From: Calditrichota bacterium
Lineage (GTDB): Bacteria; Zhuqueibacterota; JdFR-76; BMS3Abin05
Direction of reading: 5' to 3'
Length of the DNA stretch: 64,000 nucleotides
Assembly (NCBI GenBank): GCA_013151735.1
Contig: JAADHR010000179.1
Span: forward strand, 12,656-76,655
Numbering within the stretch: position 1 is the first letter of the stretch; each line of letters opens with the position of its first letter. This document shows, in pieces, positions 28,449-38,309 of the stretch. The translations under genes were made by a program, and so were the position numbers. The notes under the pieces are model-generated. The model did not search any database. It was not told where the DNA came from and was given only the letters and a program-made list of their open reading frames with translations.

Positions 28449-29540
28449 TTAAGCGATGCGCTTTAACACCACCAGCGAGAGATCGTCTCCCAGGCGGGAA
28501 TGACCCACAAACTGACGGACATCCGCCAGGAGTTTTTCTCCCATTTCCCGGGCAGATAAATGGGATCGTTTTTCAAAAAGCGTGAACAGCCGTTCTTCGC
28601 CGAAAAACTCACCCTGCTCATTGAGTGCCTCGGTTAAACCGTCGGAATAGATCAGGAGGAAATCCCCTTCCTGAAGGATGACGGTTTGCTGCGAATATTC
28701 AGCATTTGGAAGCAATCCCAAAGCCGGTCCTCCCTTTGACGTTTCCTTGAACCCCATTTTTGTCACAACAACCGGGGGCAAATGCCCGGCATTAATGAAC
28801 CGGATTTCGTGAGAATTCGATCCCAACTCCAGATAAACCAGCGAAGAGAAATTTTGCGGAAGAACATCCCTGTAAAAGATGCGATTTATTCTGAAGACCA
28901 AATCTGGAAGCGATTCAGCTTCCGGCGCCAATGCCCGGATGGTGGCCTGCAATTTGGCCATCAATAAGGCTGCCGGCAGGCCCTTGCCCGACACATCTCC
29001 GAGAGCAACCGCATATCGATCCTGATCCAATTCCAAAAAATCAATCAGGTCTCCGCCCACTTCGTTGGCAGACTGGGTAAAGAGCCACAGTTCCCAGTTG
29101 GGTACGTTCGGCATGGGGGGAGGAGCCAGGGCTTTCTGAATAGCCCGTCCCTCGGCTAATTCATTTTGGGCAACCAGTTTGTCTTTTAATTCAAGCATCA
29201 GAACAAAGAGGATGATTAATTCGCCCAAGAAATTGGTATTTGCAGTGGTTCTTCCGAATTGAAAAGACGGCATTAAAAACAAGGCGATGAGCAGCAAAAT
29301 ACGACGGGCAGGTGTGAGCTTAAAAAAGAGGGTTTTTAAAAGCCACCAGACAAGAAAGAGCCAACGCTTGACTTTTCCCATATTTTGCAGACGTTTTTTC
29401 CGATCGCGAGTGAGAAAGAAATCCTGCAGGCCTAAAAAATCATCCCGGATAGTCTTCCAGAGTCCGGTTTGGTGAAGATCATTTAAAATTGTTTTTCCAA
29501 TTTTCTGATTGTCACTGGATGTTGAATCCGTGGTTTTCAT
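28449..29540 (-). CDS. Membrane-anchored PP2C/SpoIIE (RsbU-like) phosphatase
   Basis: EVGGD, GDVSGKG, NAGH, YSDGLTEA, DDLSL. Confidence 0.92.
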   Translation of the reverse strand: MKTTDSTSSDNQKIGKTILNDLHQTGLWKTIRDDFLGLQDFFLTRDRKKRLQNMGKVKRWLFLVWWLLKTLFFKLTPARRILLLIALFLMPSFQFGRTTANTNFLGELIILFVLMLELKDKLVAQNELAEGRAIQKALAPPPMPNVPNWELWLFTQSANEVGGDLIDFLELDQDRYAVALGDVSGKGLPAALLMAKLQATIRALAPEAESLPDLVFRINRIFYRDVLPQNFSSLVYLELGSNSHEIRFINAGHLPPVVVTKMGFKETSKGGPALGLLPNAEYSQQTVILQEGDFLLIYSDGLTEALNEQGEFFGEERLFTLFEKRSHLSAREMGEKLLADVRQFVGHSRLGDDLSLVVLKRIA

Positions 29541-29928
29541 TTTTATTTTCCATTTGTTGAAATGAACCGTGCCTTATAAAATACGATACGAATGCTTTAA
29601 TGTTTGGGAAAAAGTACATCCTCCTAAAAGATGCATGTTTTATTCAGAGATTGCCAATTTCTTCAATTTACAAGAGAATTATTTATTGGGCCGCGAAAAC
29701 AAAATTAGAGATTTTAATTTCCCTGTTTACGAAATTATCTTGATTCCATTCCTTGCAAACTTTATCTTTTAGAGACTAATAAAACAACTTCCCTACTCAT
29801 CAGACACACCGGCAACCGTAACGGGATCACAATAAAATGAAGGCCAGAAATTTTTATTTGACAACACGCAGCACATAATGTCTACAGGTGTAACCAAATT
29901 GTAAATTTCTTAAGAAAGGATTTTTAGC

Positions 29929-30501
29929 ATGAAACGTTCCGAAATCAACCGCGCCATTAAACAGGCCATGGCCTGTTTTGAACGAAATGGCTGGCATTTG
30001 CCGCCTAACCCCCGATGGGATGTAACGGATGCAGGGCTGGGTGATTTTAAGAAATACGGCCTGGTTCTGGTGAATCTGGCTGAAGAAGACGAGTATTGTG
30101 AAAAGCTGATGTACGGGGTCAAAAATCAGCGTACACCGGCTCACTGCCACCGCCAGAAGAAAGAAGACATCATTTGCCGAAACGGGGAACTGGCGATTCA
30201 GGTCTGGAATCACAATCCCAATGAAAAACGCGAGCCGCAGATCTTCCAAGTCAAAATAAATGGAGAAATGCGGGACGTGCGGTCGGGAGATATCATTCAC
30301 CTGAAAGCGGGCGAACGCATAACACTGGTGCCGGGCGTGTACCACGAATTCTGGCCGGAATCGGAGGAATGCATTATCGGGGAAGTTTCGTCACACAATG
30401 ATGATTTGCACGACAATTTCTTCGCCAATCCGGATGTGGGGCGGTTCCCGGAAATTGAAGAAGATGAGCCCCCGTTTGTGAAATTGGTAAATGAGTTGTA
30501 G
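29929..30501 (+). CDS. D-lyxose/D-mannose family sugar isomerase (cupin)
   Basis: MKRSEIN start, WDVTD.G.GDF, YCEK, P.HCH..KKEDII, GEVS..NDD..DN.F. Confidence 0.88.
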   Translation: MKRSEINRAIKQAMACFERNGWHLPPNPRWDVTDAGLGDFKKYGLVLVNLAEEDEYCEKLMYGVKNQRTPAHCHRQKKEDIICRNGELAIQVWNHNPNEKREPQIFQVKINGEMRDVRSGDIIHLKAGERITLVPGVYHEFWPESEECIIGEVSSHNDDLHDNFFANPDVGRFPEIEEDEPPFVKLVNEL

Positions 30502-30579
30502 GTAACACAAGGTTTTTTAAGATGCGAAATTCTGGGTGCTTACGAATTGCGATTATTTTAATTTTGCGGGAAAAAACAC

Positions 30580-31605
30580 ATGGAAAATCACCGAAGTGGT
30601 ATTCTGGCTGCCGGAAACTGGCTGCTGGATCATGTCAAAATCATTGACCAGTATCCGGAACAGGAATCTTTGGCTATTATTCAGGAGGAGAGTCTGGGTA
30701 ACGGAGGCGGGCCGTACAATTTGCTGAAGGATTTGGCCCGTTTAAAGGCTCCCTTTTCCCTGGCGGGAATTGGCCTGCTGGGAGACGATTCGGAAGGGAA
30801 ATTCATTCGAGCCGATTGCCGGACACACGGCATTGACGTTTCCGGATTGAAAACCACCGATCGGGCCCCCACCTCATACACAGACGTTATGACTGTTCGT
30901 TCAACGGGAAAGCGCACCTTCTTTCACCAGAAAGGAGCCAATGCCTTTTTGGATGAATCCCATTTTGAGCTGGAGAAGAAAACGGCCCGGATTTTTTACC
31001 TGGGGTACGTGTTACTCCTGGACACTTTGGACGTCCCCGGCTCAGATGGACGTACAGGAGCAGCCCGGGTGTTACAAAAAGCCACGGCTTTGGGATTTCA
31101 GACCGCTGTTGATGTAGTGAGTGAAACCAGTGACCGGTTCCAAAGTGTGGTCGGGCCGGTTTTGCCGTGGGTTGATTTTTTGATCGTCAATGAGTTTGAA
31201 GCGGGAAAGATTGCCGGAGTGCCCACTCGCGTCAATGGAAAACTGAAACCGGAAGGTCTTCGCGAAGCGGCTCGCGTGCTTTTGAACCGGGGCGTGCGCC
31301 GGTGGGTGGCTATTCATTTTCCTGAGGGAGCGCTGGCGGCCAATTCGAAAGGGCAGGTTATTGTACAGGGAAGTGTGCGTGTTCCGTCTGAAAAAATCAA
31401 GGGTGCCGCGGGTGCCGGCGATGCCTTTGCGGCCGGATTTCTTTACGGTATGCATGAACAGTGGGATATTCAGGCAAGCGTTCGGTTGGGAGTCAGCGTG
31501 GCTGCGGTGTCGCTTTTCGATTCCACCTGTTCGGGAAGCATTTTGCCGGTCGATGAATGCCTGAAAACAGGGGAAAGATTCGGTTTCCGGGAAAATGTGA
31601 TCTAA
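30580..31605 (+). CDS. PfkB family carbohydrate kinase
   Basis: GNGGGPYN, VNEFEA, GAGDAFAAG. Confidence 0.92.
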   Translation: MENHRSGILAAGNWLLDHVKIIDQYPEQESLAIIQEESLGNGGGPYNLLKDLARLKAPFSLAGIGLLGDDSEGKFIRADCRTHGIDVSGLKTTDRAPTSYTDVMTVRSTGKRTFFHQKGANAFLDESHFELEKKTARIFYLGYVLLLDTLDVPGSDGRTGAARVLQKATALGFQTAVDVVSETSDRFQSVVGPVLPWVDFLIVNEFEAGKIAGVPTRVNGKLKPEGLREAARVLLNRGVRRWVAIHFPEGALAANSKGQVIVQGSVRVPSEKIKGAAGAGDAFAAGFLYGMHEQWDIQASVRLGVSVAAVSLFDSTCSGSILPVDECLKTGERFGFRENVI

Positions 31606-31620
31606 AAAATGGAAAGTTTC

Positions 31621-31740
31621 GTAACCGCAGGCTTTACGCCTGCGAGATAATCGGGTGTTATTTCCGGGGCGATTTGTGGGGGCAATTCATCGGGGCGATT
31701 CGTGAATCGCCCCACCACCAAACATTCGCGCATTCGCGGC
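31621..31740. repeat. Cluster of REP-like palindromes
   Basis: CGCAGGC-ttac-GCCTGCG after GTAA; GGGGCGATTC-gt-GAATCGCCCC (31692-31713); ATTCGCGCATTCGCGGC (31724-31740). Confidence 0.6.
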
Positions 31741-31894
31741 TTAAAAAATTCACCACGAGAATGCAAAGCCTAAAATATCCGACAAACACGAACACCAAAA
31801 AATTTTTCCAAAATAAATTGACAACCCCCCATTTTTATGATATTTTTGTAATAGTTGGGTAAGGAGGTCACGTTTTTCAGAAAGGAGCCCAAAC

Positions 31895-33139
31895 ATGAGC
31901 CATTTTAAATGGGTGCTTCTGCTGGTCGGTTTTGCTTTTTTGTGGGGAGGCTGTTCGAAAGACGTCTCACCATTACAGCCGGTGGGGACGCATACGTTAA
32001 CCCCTCTTGAAAAAAAGGTGGTTTCCTCCAGTAACGATTTCGGCTTCAATTTGTTCAAAGAAATTGTTCGTGAAGATTCCAGCGAAAACATCTTTGTCTC
32101 GCCTTTGAGTGTATCCATGGCGCTGGGCATGACCCTAAACGGGGCCAACGGGGAAACGGAACGCGCCATGAAGACCACGCTTGGCTTTGGTGACATGGAT
32201 TTGAAATCGGTGGACACCGCCTACAGGTCGCTCATAACCTATCTGCTTCAAGCGGATCCCAAAGTCATTTTTGAACTGGCCAATTCCATCTGGTACCGAA
32301 ATACGTTTCCCTTTGAAAAAAGTTTTTTTGATGTGGTCCGAACCTATTTTCAGTCCGAAGTGCAGGGGCTCAATTTTAATGATCCGAATTCGGTGAAGAT
32401 CATTAACAACTGGGTGGCAGCGAAAACACACAATAAGATCAAAAGCATTCTGGATCGGATTGACAAAAGTTCTGTCATGTTTCTAATCAATGCCATTTAT
32501 TTTAAAGGAACGTGGACCTATCAATTCAAGAAGGAAGCCACCCAAGAAGATAGTTTCTATCTGCCGGACGGCTCAACGATTTCCGTCCAGATGATGAACC
32601 AATCCGGAGAATACGACTATTTTGAAACGGATCAGTTTCAAGCCATTGATTTGCCCTACGGAGATGGCGCTTACAGCATGACCATTTTCCTGCCCACACA
32701 CAATGTGCCGCTGGATTCGCTCATTGGCCAGTTGAATCCCCAAACCTGGCATACCTGGATGGGGCGATTTGAGAAGAAAAAAGGCGGTATTTTGCTGCCA
32801 AAATTTACCCTTCGCTACAAAATTAACTTAAACAGCGTATTAGAAGCGCTTGGGATGGGCATTGCCTTTAGTCCCTCACAGGCCGATTTTACCCGAATGA
32901 GCAAAAAGGGGGGACTTTACATTGGATTCGTCAAACACAAAACCTTTGCCAAAGTGGACGAAGAAGGAACCGAAGCTGCTGCCGTGACGGTGGTGGGCAT
33001 GTATGCTACAAGTGTCGGAGGGGGGAGCAATGGATTTACGATGATCGTCAATCGGCCCTTTTTGTGTGTGATTCGGGAGCACGCCACGAACACAATTGTA
33101 TTTATCGGTAAAATTTCGCACCCGCAATGGGAAGATTAA
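31895..33139 (+). CDS. Lipoprotein serpin (serine protease inhibitor)
   Basis: Lipobox LWGGC; NIFVSPLS, NAIYFKG.W, hinge EEGTEAAAVT, NRPF. Confidence 0.95.
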   Translation: MSHFKWVLLLVGFAFLWGGCSKDVSPLQPVGTHTLTPLEKKVVSSSNDFGFNLFKEIVREDSSENIFVSPLSVSMALGMTLNGANGETERAMKTTLGFGDMDLKSVDTAYRSLITYLLQADPKVIFELANSIWYRNTFPFEKSFFDVVRTYFQSEVQGLNFNDPNSVKIINNWVAAKTHNKIKSILDRIDKSSVMFLINAIYFKGTWTYQFKKEATQEDSFYLPDGSTISVQMMNQSGEYDYFETDQFQAIDLPYGDGAYSMTIFLPTHNVPLDSLIGQLNPQTWHTWMGRFEKKKGGILLPKFTLRYKINLNSVLEALGMGIAFSPSQADFTRMSKKGGLYIGFVKHKTFAKVDEEGTEAAAVTVVGMYATSVGGGSNGFTMIVNRPFLCVIREHATNTIVFIGKISHPQWED

Positions 33140-33274
33140 TCCCAAGAATGGTAGGGTATTTTTGAGATTATTCGTATTTCAGAAAAATCCCACATTTAAT
33201 TTTTTATTTCAACCCCTGAATGCGGAAATTGGTTTACCCGAAATAACGTGAGTGAAAATCAATCCCCAAAAAGC

Positions 33275-33311
33275 AAACCTTGCGAAGGTTTGAATCTTCG
33301 CAAGGTTTTTT
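33275..33311. terminator. Palindrome (REP-like or bidirectional terminator) between convergent serpin and S9 genes
   Basis: AAACCTTGCGAAG...CTTCGCAAGGTTT plus T-tract. Confidence 0.6.
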
Positions 33312-33357
33312 ATTTGGGTCTTTTTTACTGGAAACTCCAGGCCTCTGTCTGTCGGAC

Positions 33358-35427
33358 TTATTTAAACACCTCATTTCGAACCATTTTTTTCACGTCCCAC
33401 GGAGCGGCCCCGCCGTGCAGATATTTGTGAAACCAATCCAGGTGCGCATCGTAGTAAAGCGGCATGGACTTCACATAGCTGGGCCAGTGGCCGTCGTTTT
33501 TAAAAATAATCAGACGGGACGGAACGCCCATTTTTTGCAGGGCCGTGAAAAACTGCAAACTCTGGGTGTAAGGCACGCGGTAATCCCGTTCGCCGGTAAT
33601 GACGAGCGTCGGGGTTTTGAAATGGGGCACAAAATTGCTGGGAGACCATTTCTGGTAAAGGGGCGAATTCCAGGGCTGCCCGCCCAAATCCCATTCCGGA
33701 AACCAGAGTTCCTCTGTAGCGCCGTACATCGAGCGCAAATCGTACACGCCCATCATCGCGGCAATGGCCTTGAAACGGGTGGTGTGTCCCTGGAGCCACA
33801 TCATCATGTAGCCGCCGTACGACCAGCCCATCACGCCCATCCGATCGGCATCCACCCAGGGGATTTTGGCCAGGGAATCGGCCACAGCCATCACATCCTG
33901 GTACACCTTGCCGCCCCAGTCTTTGGAGATTTCCGCCGTGTAGGCCTGACCGTAACCGGTGGACCCGTGGGGATTGGGAAAGGCCACAATGTAACCCGCG
34001 CCCGGGTACACCTGCCAGTCGCCGCGAAAAGCATCTGCCCACTGACCCTGAGGCCCGCCGTGCACGTTTAGAATCAAAGGATATTTTTTGTGGGGATCAA
34101 AATTGTGGGGCGTTACAATAAACGTGTGCACCGGAATGCCGTCCGCACCGGGAAACCAGCGTTCCAGAACCGGCCGAATGTCCACGGAATCTTCCACCGC
34201 CTTGTTGAAAAAGGTCAGCCGTTTGGCATGTTTGCCATTGGTGTCCACCCGCCAAATTTCCGTGGGGTCTTGTACCGCCCGCCGGCTGACCGCCACCCAT
34301 TTTCCGTTGGGTGAAACGGCAAAGGCATTGATCGTTTTCAAATCGGCCACCGGACGAATGCGGTTGTCTTTCAGCCGCACGTTGTACAACGGGAAGTGGC
34401 CTTTCACTTCTCCAATAAAGTAAATGCTTTTGGAATCCGGAGCCCACGCGAAGTCGTCCACCCAGTTGTCGAAGGCCTCGGTCAGAATGCGTTTTTGGCC
34501 GGTTTTTCGGTTGTAAATAGCCAGGCGGAACCGGTCGGATTCGTAGCCGGGAATTTTCTGCGTGCGGTAGGCGATGAAGCGACCGTCAGGCGAATAGCGC
34601 GGCTGGCCGTCGTAAGCGGGATTGTCCGCCGTAATATTTTTGGCGGGGTCTCCCGTGGCCGGAACCAGCCACAGATCCATGTTAGTGGAAGACTCCGGGT
34701 GCGGCACGCGCTTGGAGGTAAAACAGATTTCCTTCCCGTCCGGCGAAAAATCGTAATCGGTCGCACCGCTCAAGGAAAAGGGCGGCGAATCGAAATCACC
34801 GGGCGTAACGTCCGTCATTTTTTTGGATTTTACATCAAACACAAACAGGTGGTTCCGGTGGCCGTCTTTGTAGTGTGTCCAGTGCCGGTAGAGGAGATGG
34901 TCAGCCAGGTGAGCCTGAATGGGCCCTTTTTTCATGGATTCGTTAATGGCTTTGTTGCAACTGTCGCTGGCACCGCATTCCGGAAAAACCGACGTTTCGA
35001 ATAAAATTTTGGTTCCGTCTTTGGACCAAACCGGATTGGTGATTCCGGTGGAAATATGGGTTAATTGGGTCGGTTCGCCGCCACTGACCGGCAGCAGCCA
35101 GAGCTGCGATCCGTTTTTCCGGGTGGAAATGAAAAGCAGGGATTTCCCGTCCGGCGTCCAGCGCGGGGCGTAATCGGCCGCGGGGTTGTTGGTCATCTGG
35201 TGCACCTGACTGCCGTCTTTGTTCATCAGGTAAATTTCCGTGTTGCTCTTGCCCTTGTGAAGGGTGTAAGAGGTGACCGTGAAGGCAATTTCTTTTCCGT
35301 CCGGTGAAATCTGTGGATCGGAAACCGATTTCAGGTGGTACAAATCCTCAATTGTGAAGGCCTTCTTCTGTGCCATTGCAGGCAAAGACAGAAGAAAAAT
35401 CGACAGAAAAACGAGCCATTTTTTCAT
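33358..35427 (-). CDS. Secreted S9 family (S9C) prolyl-oligopeptidase-like peptidase
   Basis: Propeller SPDG repeats, VHGGPQ, GWSYGG nucleophile, DYRVP, DGHW. Confidence 0.95.
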   Translation of the reverse strand: MKKWLVFLSIFLLSLPAMAQKKAFTIEDLYHLKSVSDPQISPDGKEIAFTVTSYTLHKGKSNTEIYLMNKDGSQVHQMTNNPAADYAPRWTPDGKSLLFISTRKNGSQLWLLPVSGGEPTQLTHISTGITNPVWSKDGTKILFETSVFPECGASDSCNKAINESMKKGPIQAHLADHLLYRHWTHYKDGHRNHLFVFDVKSKKMTDVTPGDFDSPPFSLSGATDYDFSPDGKEICFTSKRVPHPESSTNMDLWLVPATGDPAKNITADNPAYDGQPRYSPDGRFIAYRTQKIPGYESDRFRLAIYNRKTGQKRILTEAFDNWVDDFAWAPDSKSIYFIGEVKGHFPLYNVRLKDNRIRPVADLKTINAFAVSPNGKWVAVSRRAVQDPTEIWRVDTNGKHAKRLTFFNKAVEDSVDIRPVLERWFPGADGIPVHTFIVTPHNFDPHKKYPLILNVHGGPQGQWADAFRGDWQVYPGAGYIVAFPNPHGSTGYGQAYTAEISKDWGGKVYQDVMAVADSLAKIPWVDADRMGVMGWSYGGYMMMWLQGHTTRFKAIAAMMGVYDLRSMYGATEELWFPEWDLGGQPWNSPLYQKWSPSNFVPHFKTPTLVITGERDYRVPYTQSLQFFTALQKMGVPSRLIIFKNDGHWPSYVKSMPLYYDAHLDWFHKYLHGGAAPWDVKKMVRNEVFK

Positions 35428-35684
35428 CGTGTTTGTCCTTTCCTTATTTGGAAATCCTGGTCATTTAACAAACTACACCAATGTAAAAAACAACCGGTTT
35501 AAATTCAAGCAAAATCCACTTGGCGAACTGCCAACGGCTAATTTGAAACAGACCCATGAAATTTGCGTAGATTAGGACAAACTTGAAAAGGATTCCCATT
35601 TGGGCTGATTTGAAATGACCCGAGGGCACTTTTCTTTTCACCGCGTCCGGTTTGTCGGAGTCAATTTTAGAAAGGAGGAATGGC

Positions 35685-38111
35685 ATGAAACGTCTGAGGA
35701 GGTTTGCGGTTCTTTTTGTTTTTTCGGTTCTTTTGACAAATCCTATTTGGGGCCAAAATAATCTGACCTACACCGGCAGTACGCAGTTGCTTTTTACGCC
35801 TCCGGGGGCCTTTCACAATGGTTTGCTGGGATTTGTGAACCCTTCCGTTCCTGCGTTTGTCCCCAAATTTGAAGTTCTGGGCGTCTGGGACACGAGGCGA
35901 AATCCGATCACCCAGACAAATACGTGGGGTATTTTCGCTGCGTCACACGGTCTGGGAACCCAATTTTTCCGGCAAAGAGAAGGAACCGGTTGGGTTTCGG
36001 ACTACGGGTTGTCGGCTGCTTTTTCGACGGAAACAGTCGGCTTTGGCCTGGGCTACCGCTGGTCAAAGGCGTCGGCGGGGGCCCTGCCGCACGATCGTTT
36101 GTTGAATGTTGGGGCTCTTTTTCGACCCAGTCGCTATTTTTCGTTAGGGGCGGCCGGCCATTTTTCGCTGGAACACAATTTCCGTGAAGGCATATTCGAA
36201 ACGGGCATCCGGCCATTCGGTTCACCTGCGCTCACCCTCTTTGCGGACGCGGCAGCACATTCTGGTCAGGCCCTGAAAAATGCCGAATGGAGTGCCGGGG
36301 CCGTGGTGCGCGTATTGCCGGGCGTGCACCTTATCGGTCGATACTTTTCGGACAAAACCCTCACCGCCGGATTGTCTTTCAATTTGGGACACACGGGTGT
36401 GGCCGGACAGGCCCGATTTTCCAATCAGCACGATTTGATTTCCAACACCACAGCAATTCGTACAGGAGCTCTTTTGGAAAATCCGTTTTCCGGAAAGGTG
36501 CAGAAGAACACCCGGTACGTTCGTTTCTGGCCCAGGGGACCGATCGTATACCACAGCTACCGCTTTGGCGACCGGAAGGAATATTCCTTCTTTGAGCTGC
36601 TGAAAAATATCTCCGCATCGGCCAATGACCCGCGGGTAACGGCCATCGTACTCAATTTGTCCGGAACTCGGGTTCAGCCGGAACATGCCTGGGAAATTCG
36701 GGAATCACTTAAGCAGGCACAGAAAAAAGGGAAGAAAGTTCTTATTTTCCTCGAAAATACCGACATCTCACTCTACCATCTGGCCAGTGTGGCGGATTGG
36801 GTTGTAATGGATCCGCTGGGTTCGTTGACGCTGGAAGGCTTTGTCATGGGACGCACGTTTTACAAAGGCACACTGGAAAAGCTGGGAATCGGATTTGACG
36901 AGCTTCGCTTTTTCAAATACAAGTCAGCCGTTGAGGTCTTTAGTCGAAAGAAGATGTCTGAAGCAGACCGCGCACAGCGCCAGGCTTTTGTGGACGATTG
37001 GTACAGTCTGGTTAAAACGGATATTGCAAGCTCCAGAAATATGACGCCTGAAAAGTTTGATGCGCTGGTCAACCAAAATTTCCTCTTTCTGGCAGATTCC
37101 GCCCAAAAAGCGGGGTTGGTGGATACGCTGGCCCGCTGGTCAGCGATTGATGACGTGGTTAAAGCATTTATGCATAAAAAACTCCGGCCCCTTCCGGTAA
37201 AGAGACTGCTTTCCAATGAGCAAGTGATCGATCAGTGGGGACCCGCGCCAAAAATTGCCCTGGTGTACGCGCTGGGAACCTGTGCCATGGACAAAGGCAT
37301 CCGTGCCCGCTGGCTGGAAAAGGTGTTCAAAAAATTGGAAAAGGACAAAAGCGTGAAAGCCGTGGTGTTCCGTGTGGATTCTCCCGGCGGCGACGCCATG
37401 GCCAGCGATCTGGTGGCGGAAGCGATGAAATCCTGTGCCAAAAAGAAGCCGGTTATTGTTTCACAGGGACAGGTGGCCGGTTCCGGCGGGTACTGGATCA
37501 GCATGTACGGAGATACCATTGTGGCCGGACCAAACACGGTAACCGGTTCCATCGGGGTCATTGGGGGGTGGCTTTACGATAAGGGGTTTTCGGGGAAGAT
37601 TGGCTTTACAGCCGATCATGTGAAACGCGGTAAACACGCCGACGCGGGTTTCGGAATTTCCATTCCTTTTGTGGGCATGCTTCCCGAACGCGATTTAACC
37701 CGGGATGAACGGGCCACGGTTCGGTATTTTATGAAAAGTGCGTACAACATTTTCGTGAAAAATGTGGCTGAGGGACGGTCGCTCCCGGTGGATTCGGTGA
37801 AACAAATCGCCCAGGGGCATGTTTATTCCGGTGTGGAGGGCAAGAAAATAGGGCTGGTGGATGTGATTGGCGGGTTGGAGACGGCGATTCGAATCGCCCG
37901 GGAAAAAGCCGGCCTGAAACCGGGCGCCCATGTGGCCCTGGTTGAGATTCCCAAATACAAGGGACTTTTTAAATCACCAATTCCCAACCTGCCGTTTGCG
38001 GGCGTGAAAATGTTTACCCCATCGGAAATGGACTATCTTCGAATGGTGTCCGAAATGCCCGGAAAACCGCTGTTTCTCGTGCGGCCAGGGTTGTATCCCA
38101 TCCTGCGTTAA
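35685..38111 (+). CDS. sppA: Signal peptide peptidase SppA (S49) with an N-terminal beta-barrel-like domain
   Basis: KYKSAVE, RVDSPGGD, GSGGY, TGSIGV, GLVD.IGG; about 270 N-terminal aa rich in amphipathic strands; RBS GGAGG before ATG 35685. Confidence 0.85.
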   Translation: MKRLRRFAVLFVFSVLLTNPIWGQNNLTYTGSTQLLFTPPGAFHNGLLGFVNPSVPAFVPKFEVLGVWDTRRNPITQTNTWGIFAASHGLGTQFFRQREGTGWVSDYGLSAAFSTETVGFGLGYRWSKASAGALPHDRLLNVGALFRPSRYFSLGAAGHFSLEHNFREGIFETGIRPFGSPALTLFADAAAHSGQALKNAEWSAGAVVRVLPGVHLIGRYFSDKTLTAGLSFNLGHTGVAGQARFSNQHDLISNTTAIRTGALLENPFSGKVQKNTRYVRFWPRGPIVYHSYRFGDRKEYSFFELLKNISASANDPRVTAIVLNLSGTRVQPEHAWEIRESLKQAQKKGKKVLIFLENTDISLYHLASVADWVVMDPLGSLTLEGFVMGRTFYKGTLEKLGIGFDELRFFKYKSAVEVFSRKKMSEADRAQRQAFVDDWYSLVKTDIASSRNMTPEKFDALVNQNFLFLADSAQKAGLVDTLARWSAIDDVVKAFMHKKLRPLPVKRLLSNEQVIDQWGPAPKIALVYALGTCAMDKGIRARWLEKVFKKLEKDKSVKAVVFRVDSPGGDAMASDLVAEAMKSCAKKKPVIVSQGQVAGSGGYWISMYGDTIVAGPNTVTGSIGVIGGWLYDKGFSGKIGFTADHVKRGKHADAGFGISIPFVGMLPERDLTRDERATVRYFMKSAYNIFVKNVAEGRSLPVDSVKQIAQGHVYSGVEGKKIGLVDVIGGLETAIRIAREKAGLKPGAHVALVEIPKYKGLFKSPIPNLPFAGVKMFTPSEMDYLRMVSEMPGKPLFLVRPGLYPILR

Positions 38112-38122
38112 TGGATTCACAG

Positions 38123-38150
38123 AAAAGCGTTCCAAACGGAGCGCTTTTTT
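38123..38150 (+). terminator. Intrinsic terminator after sppA
   Basis: AAAAGCGTTCC-aaac-GGAGCGCTTTT plus Ts. Confidence 0.7.
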
Positions 38151-38309
38151 ATTTCTTTGACGCCTTGTCTGAATCTATTTTCAGAGAATCCGCCGGTTTC
38201 CGGAAAACGTCCCAGCCACGCAAAAAAGTTGATTTTGGGTCCTGTTTGGGGTAAATTTAACTTTATTCCAATGATATATATGACTATTGAATTTGTTGAA
38301 AGTGCGGAA

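Noticed and set aside
29770..29860. Possible riboswitch upstream of the sugar isomerase
   Set aside because: I could not match a known aptamer consensus or find a convincing stem set or terminator.
33280..35004. Long antisense ORFs 33280..34071 and 34396..35004
   Set aside because: They mirror a GC3-rich S9 peptidase gene and show no protein motifs.
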